In this document: positions 40,541 to 52,620 of the stretch, one piece after another
How positions within the stretch are numbered: the first letter of the stretch is position 1
Layout: every line of letters begins with the position of its first letter
Source of the DNA: Octopus vulgaris
Lineage: Eukaryota
Direction: 5' to 3'
DNA: 64,000 bases
Assembly (NCBI GenBank): GCA_951406725.2
Contig: OX597836.1
Coordinates: forward strand, 38,626,001 to 38,690,000
Notes under the pieces: model-generated
What the model saw: the letters and a program-made list of their open reading frames with translations, nothing else
Database searches by the model: none
What the model was told of the DNA's origin: nothing
Program-made: the position numbers and the translations under genes

Positions 40541-41301
40541 TGAAGTGTGGATGAGGTTTGCATTGCATTCTACTAGATTTTTACCAGAATCTTACTTTTA
40601 TATATACATATATATATATATATATATACATATATGGCAATGCTGTATGGTTAAGAAGCTTACTTTGCAGTAAAGTGCAGTTAAGATCAGTCCCACAGCA
40701 TGGTACTTTGGGCAAGTGTCTTATATAGCCCTAGGCCAAATGTGGTGACCAGAAACTGCATGCAGGCCTGTTGAGTGTGTGTGTGTGTCCCCTTATGCTT
40801 GGCTCTCCATTATCACTAGTCAAGTAGTGTTGATTCATTTAGGTTTCCTTAACAGTTTGGCAAAACAGACAATAAAATAAGTACTAGACATAAAAAATAG
40901 GCTGTGGGGTTAATTTGTTTAGCTAAACTCAGCATGGAAACAGTCCAATGACTGAAAAATATCACCAACCCAGTTCCCAAACATATTTCTGCAGAATAGC
41001 GGAAATGAATGGCACTGCTTGTGTGAAAATGACACTCATTTACAACTATAACAAGAAATCAAAACAAACACACACAAACATACACACAGTCACATATACA
41101 CACGCAATGGGCTTCTTTCAGTTTCCATCTACCAAATCCATTCATGAGACTTGTTATCAACCTGGAGCTATAGTATCAAGTTGCCATACAGTGAGACTGA
41201 ACCCCAAACCATGCAGTTGAGAAGCAAAATTTTTAACCACAGAAAAACATCTGAGCCTATCTATCTATCTATCTATCTATATATCTATATATATATATAT
41301 A

Positions 41302-41478
41302 TACCGGAGTAAACACATAAATGTGAAACAAGGTGGAAAAAAGAGTACTCAAATACCAGAGGTAGAGTAATATGCTTTATTTAAAAGCAGCAGAAATTTA
41401 ACAAAAGCTGTTACTCGGAGTTTCACATGAAACTCCAAGTAACAGCTTTTGTTAAATTTCTGCTGCTTTTAAATAAAG
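41302..41478. mobile_element. Penelope-like fold-back fragment in (TA)n
   Basis: 51-bp inverted arms 41375-41425 and 41428-41478 with a 2-nt loop; the right arm begins TGAAACTCCAAGTAACAG, resembling a hammerhead 3' half. Confidence 0.7.
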
Positions 41479-41482
41479 TATG

Positions 41483-41543
<61 letters not shown>

Positions 41544-42044
41544 GTATGCACACACATACACATAACATCATTTAACATATGTCTTCCATGCTGGCCTGGG
41601 TTGGATGGTTTAACAGGAGCTGGTCAGGTAGAAGGCTACACTAGGCAACTGTGTCTGCTTTGCCATGGTTTTTACAGCTGGATGCCCTTCCTAACACCAA
41701 CCACCCCGTAGAATGGATTGAGTGCTTTTACATGGCACCAGCACAGGCGAAGTCAGTTTTGGCATGGTTTTTACAGCTGGATGCCCTTTCAAATGTCAAC
41801 CACTTCAGTGTGGACTGGATGCATTTTATGTGGCACCAGCACTGGCAGGGTCACCAAGTAATTTGACAAGACAAAGAAATTTTGTGAAGAGAGGAGGCAT
41901 TAGAGGAAGTGATCTTGTGTCAGATGATGAAAGATCAGAGTTTGACAGAGACAGAGGCAGAAACAGGTGTCGTGCATTAAATGAAGGAACAGTTTTGAAT
42001 GAAAATTCTGTAAATAATAATAATTATTGTTATTATTATTATTA

Positions 42045-42304
42045 TAAACTTAAAGCTTGTAAGCATTCACCAGGAATTTTTTAAAGAAAATAGTCTAATA
42101 TTGGGACATGTAAGCTCTTGATGGAAAAAAAGTGGGTATTAGTACGATGGGAAATGAACCTACACCTCTTACATTAGTGATAAGTGTTCTAACCAATTAC
42201 CACATGTAATAATACCCACTTTTTTCAATTAAAGGCTTATATACCCCAATATTAGACTATTTTGTTTAACCAATGCATGGTGAATGCTTATAAGCTCTAA
42301 GCTA
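42045..42304. mobile_element. Old fold-back/MITE-like element with a tRNA-like centre
   Basis: ~100-bp imperfect inverted arms 42045-42145 and 42205-42304; the centre on - reads TGGTAATTGGTTAGAACAC...GTAGGTTCATTTCCCATC. Confidence 0.6.
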
Positions 42305-42833
42305 ACAATTATTATTTTTTACACACACACACCTTCCCTACTCTATCTCCAGTTAAGATTTACATAAAATAATGCATCTTTCTTTTCTAATACTCAAACT
42401 TAATTTTGCATATTTTTTTCTAAACTTATCTATGAATTTTCATATTTAATATCACCTTCGTAGTTAAGAACAAAGACACAACTTCGTAGCAGAAAGGAAA
42501 ATGGTTATAGAATATTAATGACGTTAATTAGTTTTTCTTTTCTTTTCGCACTGTTTATAGTCAGTCAGTAGAAAAAAGGTGGCACCTATGACTCTTCAAG
42601 TAGAACCTCAGAAACAAAGAGGAGGAAAGGAAGGAAGGAAGAAAGAAACTGCTCACTTGGTTTAAATGCTTAGAAAAGAGAGGATTCTACTGAAATCACT
42701 CAAGAGACAGGTGATGGCATAAAACCAAGTAACATATAAAGTTTACCAACAAAGTAGAGGTAAAATCCAACTAACAGGCTTCTGCATAGTTTCCATATAC
42801 ACAATTTCACTTGCAGGGTGATTGTGTATAGAG

Positions 42834-43480
42834 TCTTCTCTTGTCTTGAGACAGCTGGCTTCATTCATCCTCAATGTTGCATCTCTCACAAACGCCAACC
42901 AGACCTGGCGATTTGAGGCTAACAACCACGTGATCTCCAACCACTCCTTATTCCAACAGCGAATGCCATAAATATGGGGGCCTAGGTTGGATTTCAGATC
43001 AGCCTTGACTGTCATCAGCCAGGTTTTTCGTTGTCCACCACATTGCTTTCGCCAAACCTGAAGGGGAGCTGGGGCAATTGCTTCGTAGATGAATTCTCCT
43101 GGTTGACGATGGAGGGTATGACCCAGCCAATGCAGACGTCTCATTAGGATGATTTGTGGGAGGGAGGTGATTTTGCACTGGTGTCGCACCAAATTGTATC
43201 AAGTGATGCCATCAGACACGAAAGATGAGGCGTAGACAGAGGCGATCGAAAGATTCTAGTTGCTTAATATCTTCCACCCTTGTCGGCCATGACTCGCTGC
43301 CGTAAAGGAGAATCATTCGCACTAGTGCTTGGTAGATCTGTACCTTTGTGGTGCGTTGGATCTCAGATCTTGACCAGAGTTATGCATTGAGTCAGTTGAA
43401 GGCTTGGCGAGCGAGGTTGATTCGTGTTTTAATGTCAGCCTCACCTTGACCCGTAGCTGTAATGATGGTGCCAAGGTATT
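42834..43480 (-). mobile_element. 5'-truncated RTE-clade LINE (decayed RT C-terminal region)
   Basis: KYLGTIITATGQGEADIKTRINLARQAF...IYQALVRMILLYGSESW...RRLHWLGHTL...GGQRKTWL; 15-bp TSD TGATTGTGTATAGAG at 42819-42833 and 43481-43495. Confidence 0.92.
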
Positions 43481-43777
43481 TGATTGTGTATAGAGAAGTA
43501 ATAGCAGCAGTGCTTAAAAAATAATTAGGAGCTGTATAATAAAGAAGTGGTTGTAATTATGTATAGAGAAGGCGTGGTATGTATAGTGAAGCGGTAGCTG
43601 TGTACAGGTTGCAGCAGAAAACACTTTTCTAAGGTGCTTCACAATGGGATTGGCCCCAAAACAATTTGGTTACTTAAAGAACTTCTAAATTACATGATAT
43701 TAGGTTCAATTACTTTAATCCAGAATTAAGATTAACAGATTTTCCTCTTACCAACAACTACACTCTTCAATTGTAGC

Positions 43778-44049
43778 CATGGGCCCGGGAACAGGGGGTG
43801 CAGGTGGTGCAAGTGCACCCCCTAGAATTTTTGTGGAGTGCAGAACCAAAATTTGCAGCCCTACTTATTTTCCTCAGGTTTAGAAAACGGTAAATAAAAA
43901 GTGATGTGTAAAAAGTAGCTTGAAGTTAGGTTCCTTCTCAAAGATCAAAATACAAAAATAAATAGCAGAAAAAAAGACAAGACCTTGTTTGTAAATATTT
44001 TTGGACCTGGGTTTGCACCCTCTAAGCAAATTTCATTCTCGAGCCAGTG
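43778..44049. mobile_element. hAT MITE
   Basis: Perfect 8-bp TSD ATTGTAGC at 43770-43777 and 44050-44057; imperfect TIRs CATGGGCCCGGGAA and TTCTCGAGCCAGTG. Confidence 0.85.
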
Positions 44050-45579
44050 ATTGTAGCACTATTCACACCTAAATCTGGCTCAATTCTCTTACTTCTACGC
44101 ATTCTGAGAAAGAGTTTTCATAAACTATGGTTACTGCTTTCTTCTTCAGACTAACTAAAAGTCACTTATTGATATTTCTATAAAATATACTAAGACCAAT
44201 TATTTTAGATATCAGATTATGAGATATCAAATTCTCATACTGGTTAACAAAATGTCTCCAACCATAGTGACAGTATCTTTAACATAATTACATAAAATTA
44301 TTTTGATAAATTACTTTCAGTTTTATGTTCAGAGTTAATTTATTCTGAATTTTGTACGAGATTCTACTAAATGTTCCACAAGCAAAAGTTTTAGTCTCTG
44401 AAAAAAGAACAAAAATTATATAAAGATATATAAGCATATATGTACAGAAATGCTTTGATGCTTTATAACCATAAATGAAAAACTTAGTTTTTTTTTTTTT
44501 TTTCATTTGGAATTTGATATTCAGTCGATGAATCAAATTTATGTTGTGAAGTATACTAAAAGTAATCAGTAGACAGTATGGAAAAATATAAAAAAATGAA
44601 TTCTATCTAACAAACTATTTTATCAGAATGGCAATATCAGAATTGAAAGATCAATTCTAAAATGTGTTCTGAACTTACTACCCACCTATACATTACTAAA
44701 TTTATTTACAGCTCCAGGTTGTAATGTTATCATACGCAATATTAGGAATAGATACATCGGTGCGTTACCATAGAAATATGCGAGACATTTCAGGAATAAA
44801 TGTTAGATCTAAGTAAATGTATTTTATAGCAAAACATCAATCAATATTAAAACAGCATCTCCCAGTTTGAAGTCTGCAATATTGGAGATTAAAATTTTTA
44901 CAAGAAAAAAATTTTACTGATTAAACATACATTAATATAAAAAAAATGTGACAATTAAAACAATTTTCCTTGCTTTAACTTGTAATTTGCGAGATCAACC
45001 TTCATATTTATCTTGATGATATAAAATATATTATATATTATAAAGAAATCTCTTAGGTCCTCCTTATCGCAATGTGCAGACAACTACATTAGTTAACCCC
45101 ACAACAATGGCAATGTTAAATGTAAGATATTTTGTTTGCAATCTACGACAATAGCTTTTGTTAAAAATTACTTTAATGGCAAAACAACTAAAAAGGAGTT
45201 TTCTTTGAGAAAAAAACTTTTCAAAATAAATTAATGAATATAAAAATTTGAGTGTAGTTATTTTTTTTTTATTACTATTGTTGAATAACAACATCATTCA
45301 TTGGTTAAAGGTTTCCGAAGTGCAATGACTGGTTTACTGTATTTCTGATGGTCAGTAACAGAGAAGTGTCTGTAACTCAGTGCAGAACAAATATCACAAA
45401 GGACTCAGTCATTTTAAGAGTAAATGTTTTTTGGCTGACACGCTTTTATTGTTTTACTTGTTTTAATCATTTGACTGCAGCCACGCTGGAGCACTGCCTT
45501 CACAGGTTTTAGTTGAACAAATCGATCCCAGGATTTATTTTTTAAGGCCAGTACTTATTCTATTGGTCTCTTTTGATGA

Positions 45580-46010
45580 AAATATGCATGCACATATATT
45601 ATACATGCACATACATGGAGACATGCATACACTTACCCATATGCATACATACACATGCACATACACATGCATATGCTTACATACACACATATGCACATGC
45701 ACACACACACATGCATACATACATGCATACACACATGCATACATACACGCATATGCACATGCGTTCATACACATGCATTCATACACACATATGCACATGT
45801 ATAATACACACATATGCACATGCATACATACACACGTACATACATATGTACATGCACACACAGACATATGCACATGAGTACATGCACACACACATAACGC
45901 ACATGTGTACATACACACATAAGCACATGCGTACATACACACATAAGCACATGCGTTCATACACACATACATTCATACACACACACACATGCATACACAC
46001 ATACAATGTA
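45580..46010. repeat. Degenerate (CA)/(CATA)/(TGCA) alternating purine-pyrimidine microsatellite
   Basis: Directly visible; explains the HT/CV-rich ORFs. Confidence 0.95.
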
Positions 46011-46464
46011 TAGACAGTCAAATTGTGTGTATATTTTAACATGGTATCCATCTAACTAAAAATAATTCTGTTAGTGTTTCCATAAAATACAAACATAACT
46101 AAAGCGTCATAAGCTCAGCTAATTGAGCAGCTTTTTTTGTATTTCCATGAAATTCAGACAGTAAAAATACCAAAGCAGCTCATTGCCTTTGAAGTATTGG
46201 TCAGAGAGTCAGACAAACACAAAGATAGAGACACTTTGCTAATTGCTAATTGTATTAGATGTTAACGAAAAATCAAATTACTAACTTTGAACAACTGCAG
46301 GTCGACAATGGCATGAAAGAAACGTAGGTGGGAAGACAACCCAGAGTGTTGGCAATTTATGCTGGGAGGATCGGTTTAAAGGATTAGTGTAAAACAAGTG
46401 TGGTGGGGTTTGAAAATCTATGAAAGATTTCAGAAATACCTCTGAGTGGCAATAATATACAGAA

Positions 46465-47340
46465 CGCTGGAGTGGCTGTGTGGTAAGTAGCTTGTTTACC
46501 AACCACATGGTTCCGGGTTCAGTCCCACTGTGTGGCATCTTGGGCAAGTGTCTTCTACTATAGCTTCGGGCCGACCAAAGCCTTGTGAGTGGATTTGGTA
46601 GGCGGAAACTGAAAGAAGCCCGTCGTATATATGTATATATATATATATATGCGTGTGTGTGTTTGTATGTCTGTGTTTGTCTCCCTAGCATTGCTTGACA
46701 ACCGATGCTGGTGTGTTTATGTCCCCGTCACTTAGCAGTTCAGCAAACGAGACCGATAGAATAAGTACTGGGCTTACAAAAGAATAAGTCCCGGGGTCGA
46801 GTTGCTCGATTAAAGGCGGTGCTCCAGCATGGCCGCAGTCAAATGACTGAAACAAGTAAAAGAGTAAAAGAGAGTAAAAAGAACAGACATGGCTGTGTAG
46901 TCAAGAAGCTTTCTTTGCATCCATGTGGTTTCAAGTTCAGTTCTCATTGTACAGCATTTTGGGCAAGTGTCTTCTATTATGGTTCCAGGTTGACCTAAGT
47001 TGGGTGAATGAATTTGGTAAACAGAAAACTGTGTGGAAACTGAAGGTGGCGAGCTGGCAGAAACGTTAGCATGCCGGGCGAAATGCTTAGCAGTATTTCG
47101 TCTGTCTTTATGTTCTGAGTTCAAATTCCGCAAAGGTCAACTTTGCCTTTCATCCTTTTGGAGTCGATTAAACAAGTACCAGTTATGCACTGGGGTTGAT
47201 ATAATCGACTTAATCCATTTGTCTGTCCTTGTTTGGCCCCTCTGTGTGTAGCCCCTTGTGGGCAGTAAAGAAATAAGAAGCTGTGTGGAAGCTCGTCGTG
47301 TATATAATTGTATGTGTATATGTTTGTATGGGTCTTCACT
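46465..47340 (+). mobile_element. Family B SINE (46465-46870), then a decayed family B copy containing a family A SINE (47044-47277)
   Basis: Family motifs; GAA(A/G)CTGTGTGGAA is repeated on both sides of the family A copy. Confidence 0.88.
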
Positions 47341-47638
47341 GAATAATCTACTCTGGGCTACACAAGCTAAACACACACTCACAAAAAAAAAAAACAAAAG
47401 GTGAGATGATCATGGTGGGGGAGTGTCTTTAACCCTTTTGATACCAACCCACCTGGGGCCATCCCTGGTTCTTTAATATAAACTTCATGTTTTAAAATGA
47501 TCTACATTAAAACCATCCCTGAAAATTTCATGTTAATTTAGGTTTCTAACACCAGTTTAATAATAACAGTTATTTTACCAAATTCTTTAGTATTTTCAAA
47601 AATGACAGAAACAAAAAAGTGTATTCTTTTAACAGAAA

Positions 47639-49363
47639 CATCATCATCATTGTTTAACGTCCATTTTCCATGCTAGCATGGGTTGGACGATTTTGACTGA
47701 GGGCTGGTGAACCAGATGGCTACACCAGGCTCCAATCTTGATTTGGCAGAGTTTCTACAGCTGGATGCCCTTCCAAACGCCAACCACTCCAAGAGTGTAG
47801 TGGGTGCTTTTTACATGCCACCGGCACGGGGGCCAGTCAGGCGGTACTGGCAATGATTTCACTCGAATCCTTTTACATATGCCACCAGCACAGGTGCCAG
47901 TAAGGCGACGTTGGTAACGATCACGCTTGAATGGTGCCCTTTTACATGCCACGGCACGGGGGCCAGTCAGGCGGTACTGGCAACGACCTTGCTCGAATCC
48001 TTTTACACATGCCACCAGCACAGGTGACAGTAAGGCGACGTTGGTAACGATCACGCTCAAATGGTGCCCTTTTACATGCCCCGGCACGGGGGCCAGTCTG
48101 GCAGTATGGCAATGACCCTGCTCAAATCCTTTTACACATGCCACCAGCACAGGTGCCAGTAAGGCGACGTTGGTAACGATCACGCTCGAATGGTGCCCTT
48201 TTACATGCCACGGCACGGGGGCCAGTCAGGCGGTACTGGCAATGACCCCGCTTGAATCCTTTTACATATGCCACCAGCACAGGTGCCAGTAAGGCGACGT
48301 TGGTAACGATCACGCTCGAATGGTGCCCTTTTACATGCCACGGCACGGGGGCCAGTCAGGCGGTACTGGCAACGACCTCGCTCGAATCCTTTTACACATG
48401 CCACCAGCACAGGTGACAGTAAGGCGACGTTGGTAACGATCACGCTCGAATGGTGCCCTTTTACATGCCCCGGCACGGGGGCCAGTCTGGCAGTATGGCA
48501 ATGACCCTGCTCAAATCCTTTTACACATGCCACCAGCACAGGTGCCAGTAAGGCGACGTTGGTAACGATCACGCTCGAATGGTGCCCTTTTACATGCCAC
48601 GGCACGGGGGCCAGTCAGGCTGTACTGGCAATGACCCCGCTCGAATCCTTTTACACATACCACCAGCACAGGTGCCAGTAAGGCGACGTTGGTAACGATC
48701 ACGCTCGAATGGTGCCCTTTTACATGCCACGGCACGGGGGCCAGTCAGGCTGTACTGGCAATGACCCCGCTCGAATCCTTTTACACATGCCACCAGCACA
48801 GGTGCCAGTAAGGCGACGTTGGTAACGATCACGCTCGAATGGTGCCCTTTTACATGCCACGGCACGGGGGCCAGTCAGGCTGTACTGGCAATGACCCCGC
48901 TCGAATCCTTTTACACATGCCACCAGCACAGGTGCCAGTAAGGCGACGTTGATAACGATCACGCTCGAATGGTGCCCTTTTACATGCCACGGCACGGGGG
49001 CCAGTCAGGCTGTACTGGCAATGACCCCGCTCGAATCCTTTTACACATGCCACCAGCACAGGTGCCAGTAAGGCGACATTGGTAACGATCACGCTCGAAT
49101 GGTGCCCTTTTACATGCCACGGCACGGGGGGCCAGTCAGGCTGTACTGGCAATGACCCCGCTCGAATCCTTTTACACATGCCACCAGCACAGGTGCCAGT
49201 AAGGCGACGTTGGTAACGATCACGCTCGAATGGTGCCCTTTTACATGCCACGGCACGGGGGCCAGTCAGGCTGTACTGTCAATGACCTCGCTCGAATCCT
49301 TTTACACATGCCACCAGCGCAGGTGCCAGTAAGGCGACGTTGGTAACGATCACGCTCGAATGG
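47639..49363 (-). repeat. Family D element whose internal repeat expanded into ~12 x 130-bp tandem units (47802-49363)
   Basis: Each unit is two diverged ~65-bp subunits; ORF periodicities of 130 and 389 bp confirm the unit and a 3-unit higher-order repeat. Confidence 0.95.
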
Positions 49364-51029
49364 TAGCAAAAGGATTGACTACAGATCTGTTTGGTCGGGG
49401 TTGACCTATGGTTAAAGAGCAACAACAAGACTGAATGGCAAATCGGAAGTCTGAAAGTTTTTAAATGACAGAAGAATGTAAGAGTAAAAATGCATAGAAT
49501 ACCAAAGAAATATCTGAGTAGCAAAAATAAAGAAAAAAAAAGTGGAGAGACTATTAAAGGTTACAAACGACACAACAGCATTGTAGAAGGAGGAAATGAA
49601 GGAAGAGGATGTAAAAGCAGTGCTGAAGAAAGCTGGTCTGAGAATCCAATAATCAATATTTCTAGGATTGAAGCAACAGGTGAAGAAAGCTTTCAATACG
49701 ATTGATTAGCACACAACAATCTGGAAAGAACCAAAAACTATTTCTCTGGCCATCATATGTTCAAAAGGTTTTACTAATATTGGTTTTTGTGACATTATAT
49801 ATTATTATTATTATTATTATTGCTATGCCAGGTTTCAAGAAAGTTGAAGTAAGATGTCATGACATTTATGCCATTCCCCAAAATGTTTTTGGCATGAGCT
49901 CAGTGAAAGATTTCTCAATTCTAGACGTAAAATATTTTCTTCTGCCAAATTTTCTTTTTAACCCCACAGAACAGTCCTGATCCAGTACACTTGTGATCAA
50001 AGAGGTTCTAAAAATGACATTCCAGCCGATAGTATACCTAAGGTTACATTACTCAACATATTCTCTGTTTTTGAGACAACAGGGTGTAATTTACAGATAA
50101 ACATGACTGCTATTTCTAGCAGTACAATCACTCATACAGAGGCTCCCTTGTTGGCTTATATCTTGTTCATTCAAGAAAAGCCACCAGTAGACTTGTTTCT
50201 CACACTTATTTATATATACTATTGCACATCTGTTTTCTGTGCTGGCATGTGTTGGACAGTTTGACAAGCACTGACAAACCAGAGGAGTGTATCATTATTA
50301 TTATCATCATCATCATCTCATACTTGGTGAAATAATTTTTCCTCACAGCTTAATTATCTTTAATTAACCTTCTGATGCTCCATGCTCATTACATGAAATA
50401 TGTTAACACTATCTTAACAGTTAATTAATCCATAGTTTGGGTTTCCAAAGAAACAGGTTTTCATCAGTTTGAGAAGGCTAAAAGTTAGAAAAGGACAGAA
50501 TAAGGTCAAAAATGCTTCTGAATATAATTACAATAACACCTTCACCTATGACCCTACTTTGATGAACCAACAAAGGAATCTACACACAAAGGCGGGGTAC
50601 ACCTTGCTTATAAGCAAATCTTACATTCAAATTTTAACCCACACACCAACAAAATCTCTAATACTCAATAGAGCCAAAACAGAAATCTAAGATAAGTTAC
50701 TTAATAAGATGGAGAACTGGCAGAATTGTAAGCATGCTGGAAAATATGCTTAGTGAAATTTCATCTATCTTTACATCTGTGTTCAAATTCTGCCAAAGTT
50801 GACCTTACCTTTCATCCTTTTGAGGTTAATAAAATAAATACCAGTTGATCCCTGGGGGCAATGTAATCAACTTTCCCTTTCCTCTGAAAGTGATACATTA
50901 TGGGACTGAACCCAGAACCACGTGGTTGCAAAGATGGCATTTTAACCACACAACCATGCTTGCATCTTACATTCTTTGATAAAATGGATGCATTGGACAA
51001 CGTAGTTCTAGATATAGATTGTTGGTTTT

Positions 51030-51380
51030 AAATCTTTTACTCGTTTCAGTCATTACATTGATGCCATGCTGGGGCACCACCTTGATGTTTTAAGCCTGGT
51101 ACTAACTCTATTGGTCTTTTTTGCTGAACTGCTAAGTTACAGGAATGTAAACACACTTACACCATCTGTCAAGCAGTGGGAGGGGGACAAACACAGATGC
51201 AAAGAGACACACAAACATATACACAACAGGCTTCTTTCAGTTTCCATCTACCAAATCCACTCACAAGGCATTGACTGGCTTGAGGCAATAGTCTACTATT
51301 GCCTCAGATACTTGCCTAAGGTGCCATGCAGTGGGACTGAACCCAGAACCATGGTGGTTAGGAAGCAAGGTTCTTGCCAC
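51030..51380 (-). mobile_element. Decayed family B SINE (a decayed family A copy lies at ~50710-50882 +)
   Basis: CTTCTTTCAGTTTCCATCTACCAAATCCACTCACAAGGC...GGGACTGAACCC. Confidence 0.75.
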
Positions 51381-51820
51381 AAAAAAAAAAAGAAATGAAA
51401 TTGTGGTGGTCATAGTTAGAATGCCTAACGATCATAGATTAGTTCAAACAGAGTTGAACTGGAGCTAAACAATACCCAACACCTTGTGGAAGAGAAGCAG
51501 AATAAATGCAAATAGAAATGGAATTCTGCAATTCTAATTACAGTTTCTGTTTGAGAGTTAAATATTTTAGTGAAAGAATCTAACAAAATGTGTAACGAAC
51601 AAATGCTTAATGTGGAAACAGAAAGAGAATTTTATTGGAAGAATTGGAAATTACATTTGAACCAAAAGAGAATGGAATTTTGCATGTGTGCCGATTATAC
51701 GTAAATAATTGATCATAGCTTTTCACAGGTTTTACACAAATGTACCTGTTCTTATAGTGAAAAGTGCCTTTATTTCTTAGAAACATACTCTTCCCTTTCC
51801 TGTAAAAGTGTGAAACAGTG

Positions 51821-52400
51821 CAAATAATATTTAACGTTTTTCCCAGCAGAGGCAAAAACCTTGAAACTATAGTCCGTATGTATCACTTAGGTTTTCGAGG
51901 GAGGATGACCTCCCTTTGCAAATAACACAAGGGCACTGAAATTGTGTCTAAGGCAAGCTGGAGATGTCGATCTCCTGGGGCTAAAAGCGTCAGTAACACC
52001 CCACCCCCAGTGGCTAGCCACATTCAGATGGCTAGTACACTTTACGTTGTTGAGCGGTTACTGTTTACATCTCGTTCGGAGATTTATTAATGCTTTCAGA
52101 CAGTTTTTCTAAATCAGTGACTGTGGTTGCTGGGAAAAACGTTAAATATTATTTGCAAAGGTCTCCTTCATCGAAAACTGGTGTTTACCATGCGTTGACG
52201 AGAGGCAATTACCTTGAAACTATAGTCCGTATGTAGCACTTAGGTTTTCGAGGGAGGATGACCTCCCTTTGCAAATAACACAAGGGCACTGAAATTGTCT
52301 CTAAGGCCAGCTGGAGACGTTGATCTCCTGGGGCTAAAAGCGTCAGTAACACCCCACCCCCAGTGGCTAGCCACATTCAGATGGCTAGTACACTTTACGT
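51821..52400 (+). mobile_element. Retrozyme-like / non-autonomous Penelope-type insertion: 5' inversion plus ~1.55 copies of a 353-nt monomer
   Basis: TSD TGTGAAACAGTG at 51809-51820 and 52401-52412; 51848-52049 repeats at 52201-52402 (period 353); 51819-51848 is the reverse complement of 52128-52157; no credible ORF. Confidence 0.8.
52189..52233 (+). ncRNA. Minimal type-I hammerhead ribozyme (C3U core variant)
   Basis: Stem I CAUGCG/CGUAUG; core UUGACGA; stem II GAGG-CAAUUA-CCUU; GAAAC; palindromic stem III ACUAUAGU; cleavage triplet GUC at 52225-52227. Confidence 0.75.
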
Positions 52401-52620
52401 TGTGAAACAGTGTTATGCTTGAATTCATGGTCTTTCTTTTTTAATTAGCTGAATTATTTCTGCAAAGAAGGGGTTCATTTCTGACAAAAAAGCAAAGCTT
52501 CATGACTGGAATTTGTATAACATAGATGATAGGTGTTAACGTGCTGAGCTTTAGAAAAGTTTTTACATATTTTTACTGTTCCATTCACAGTATTTATAAA
52601 ATGTGTATTACTAATCATTT

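Noticed and set aside
42743-43192. 149-aa ORF as a host gene
   Set aside because: It is the C-terminus of a truncated RTE LINE bounded by a 15-bp TSD.
44711-44812. Possible + strand exon after TTTATTTACAG
   Set aside because: No recognisable peptide, ambiguous donor and no partner exons; cannot be supported without RNA data.
47755-49363. Repeated ORFs (MPWHVKGHHSSVIVTNVALL...) and a CRISPR-like look
   Set aside because: The 130-bp period is not a multiple of 3, the units are homogeneous with no unique spacers, and no cas genes are present; it is a SINE-internal satellite.
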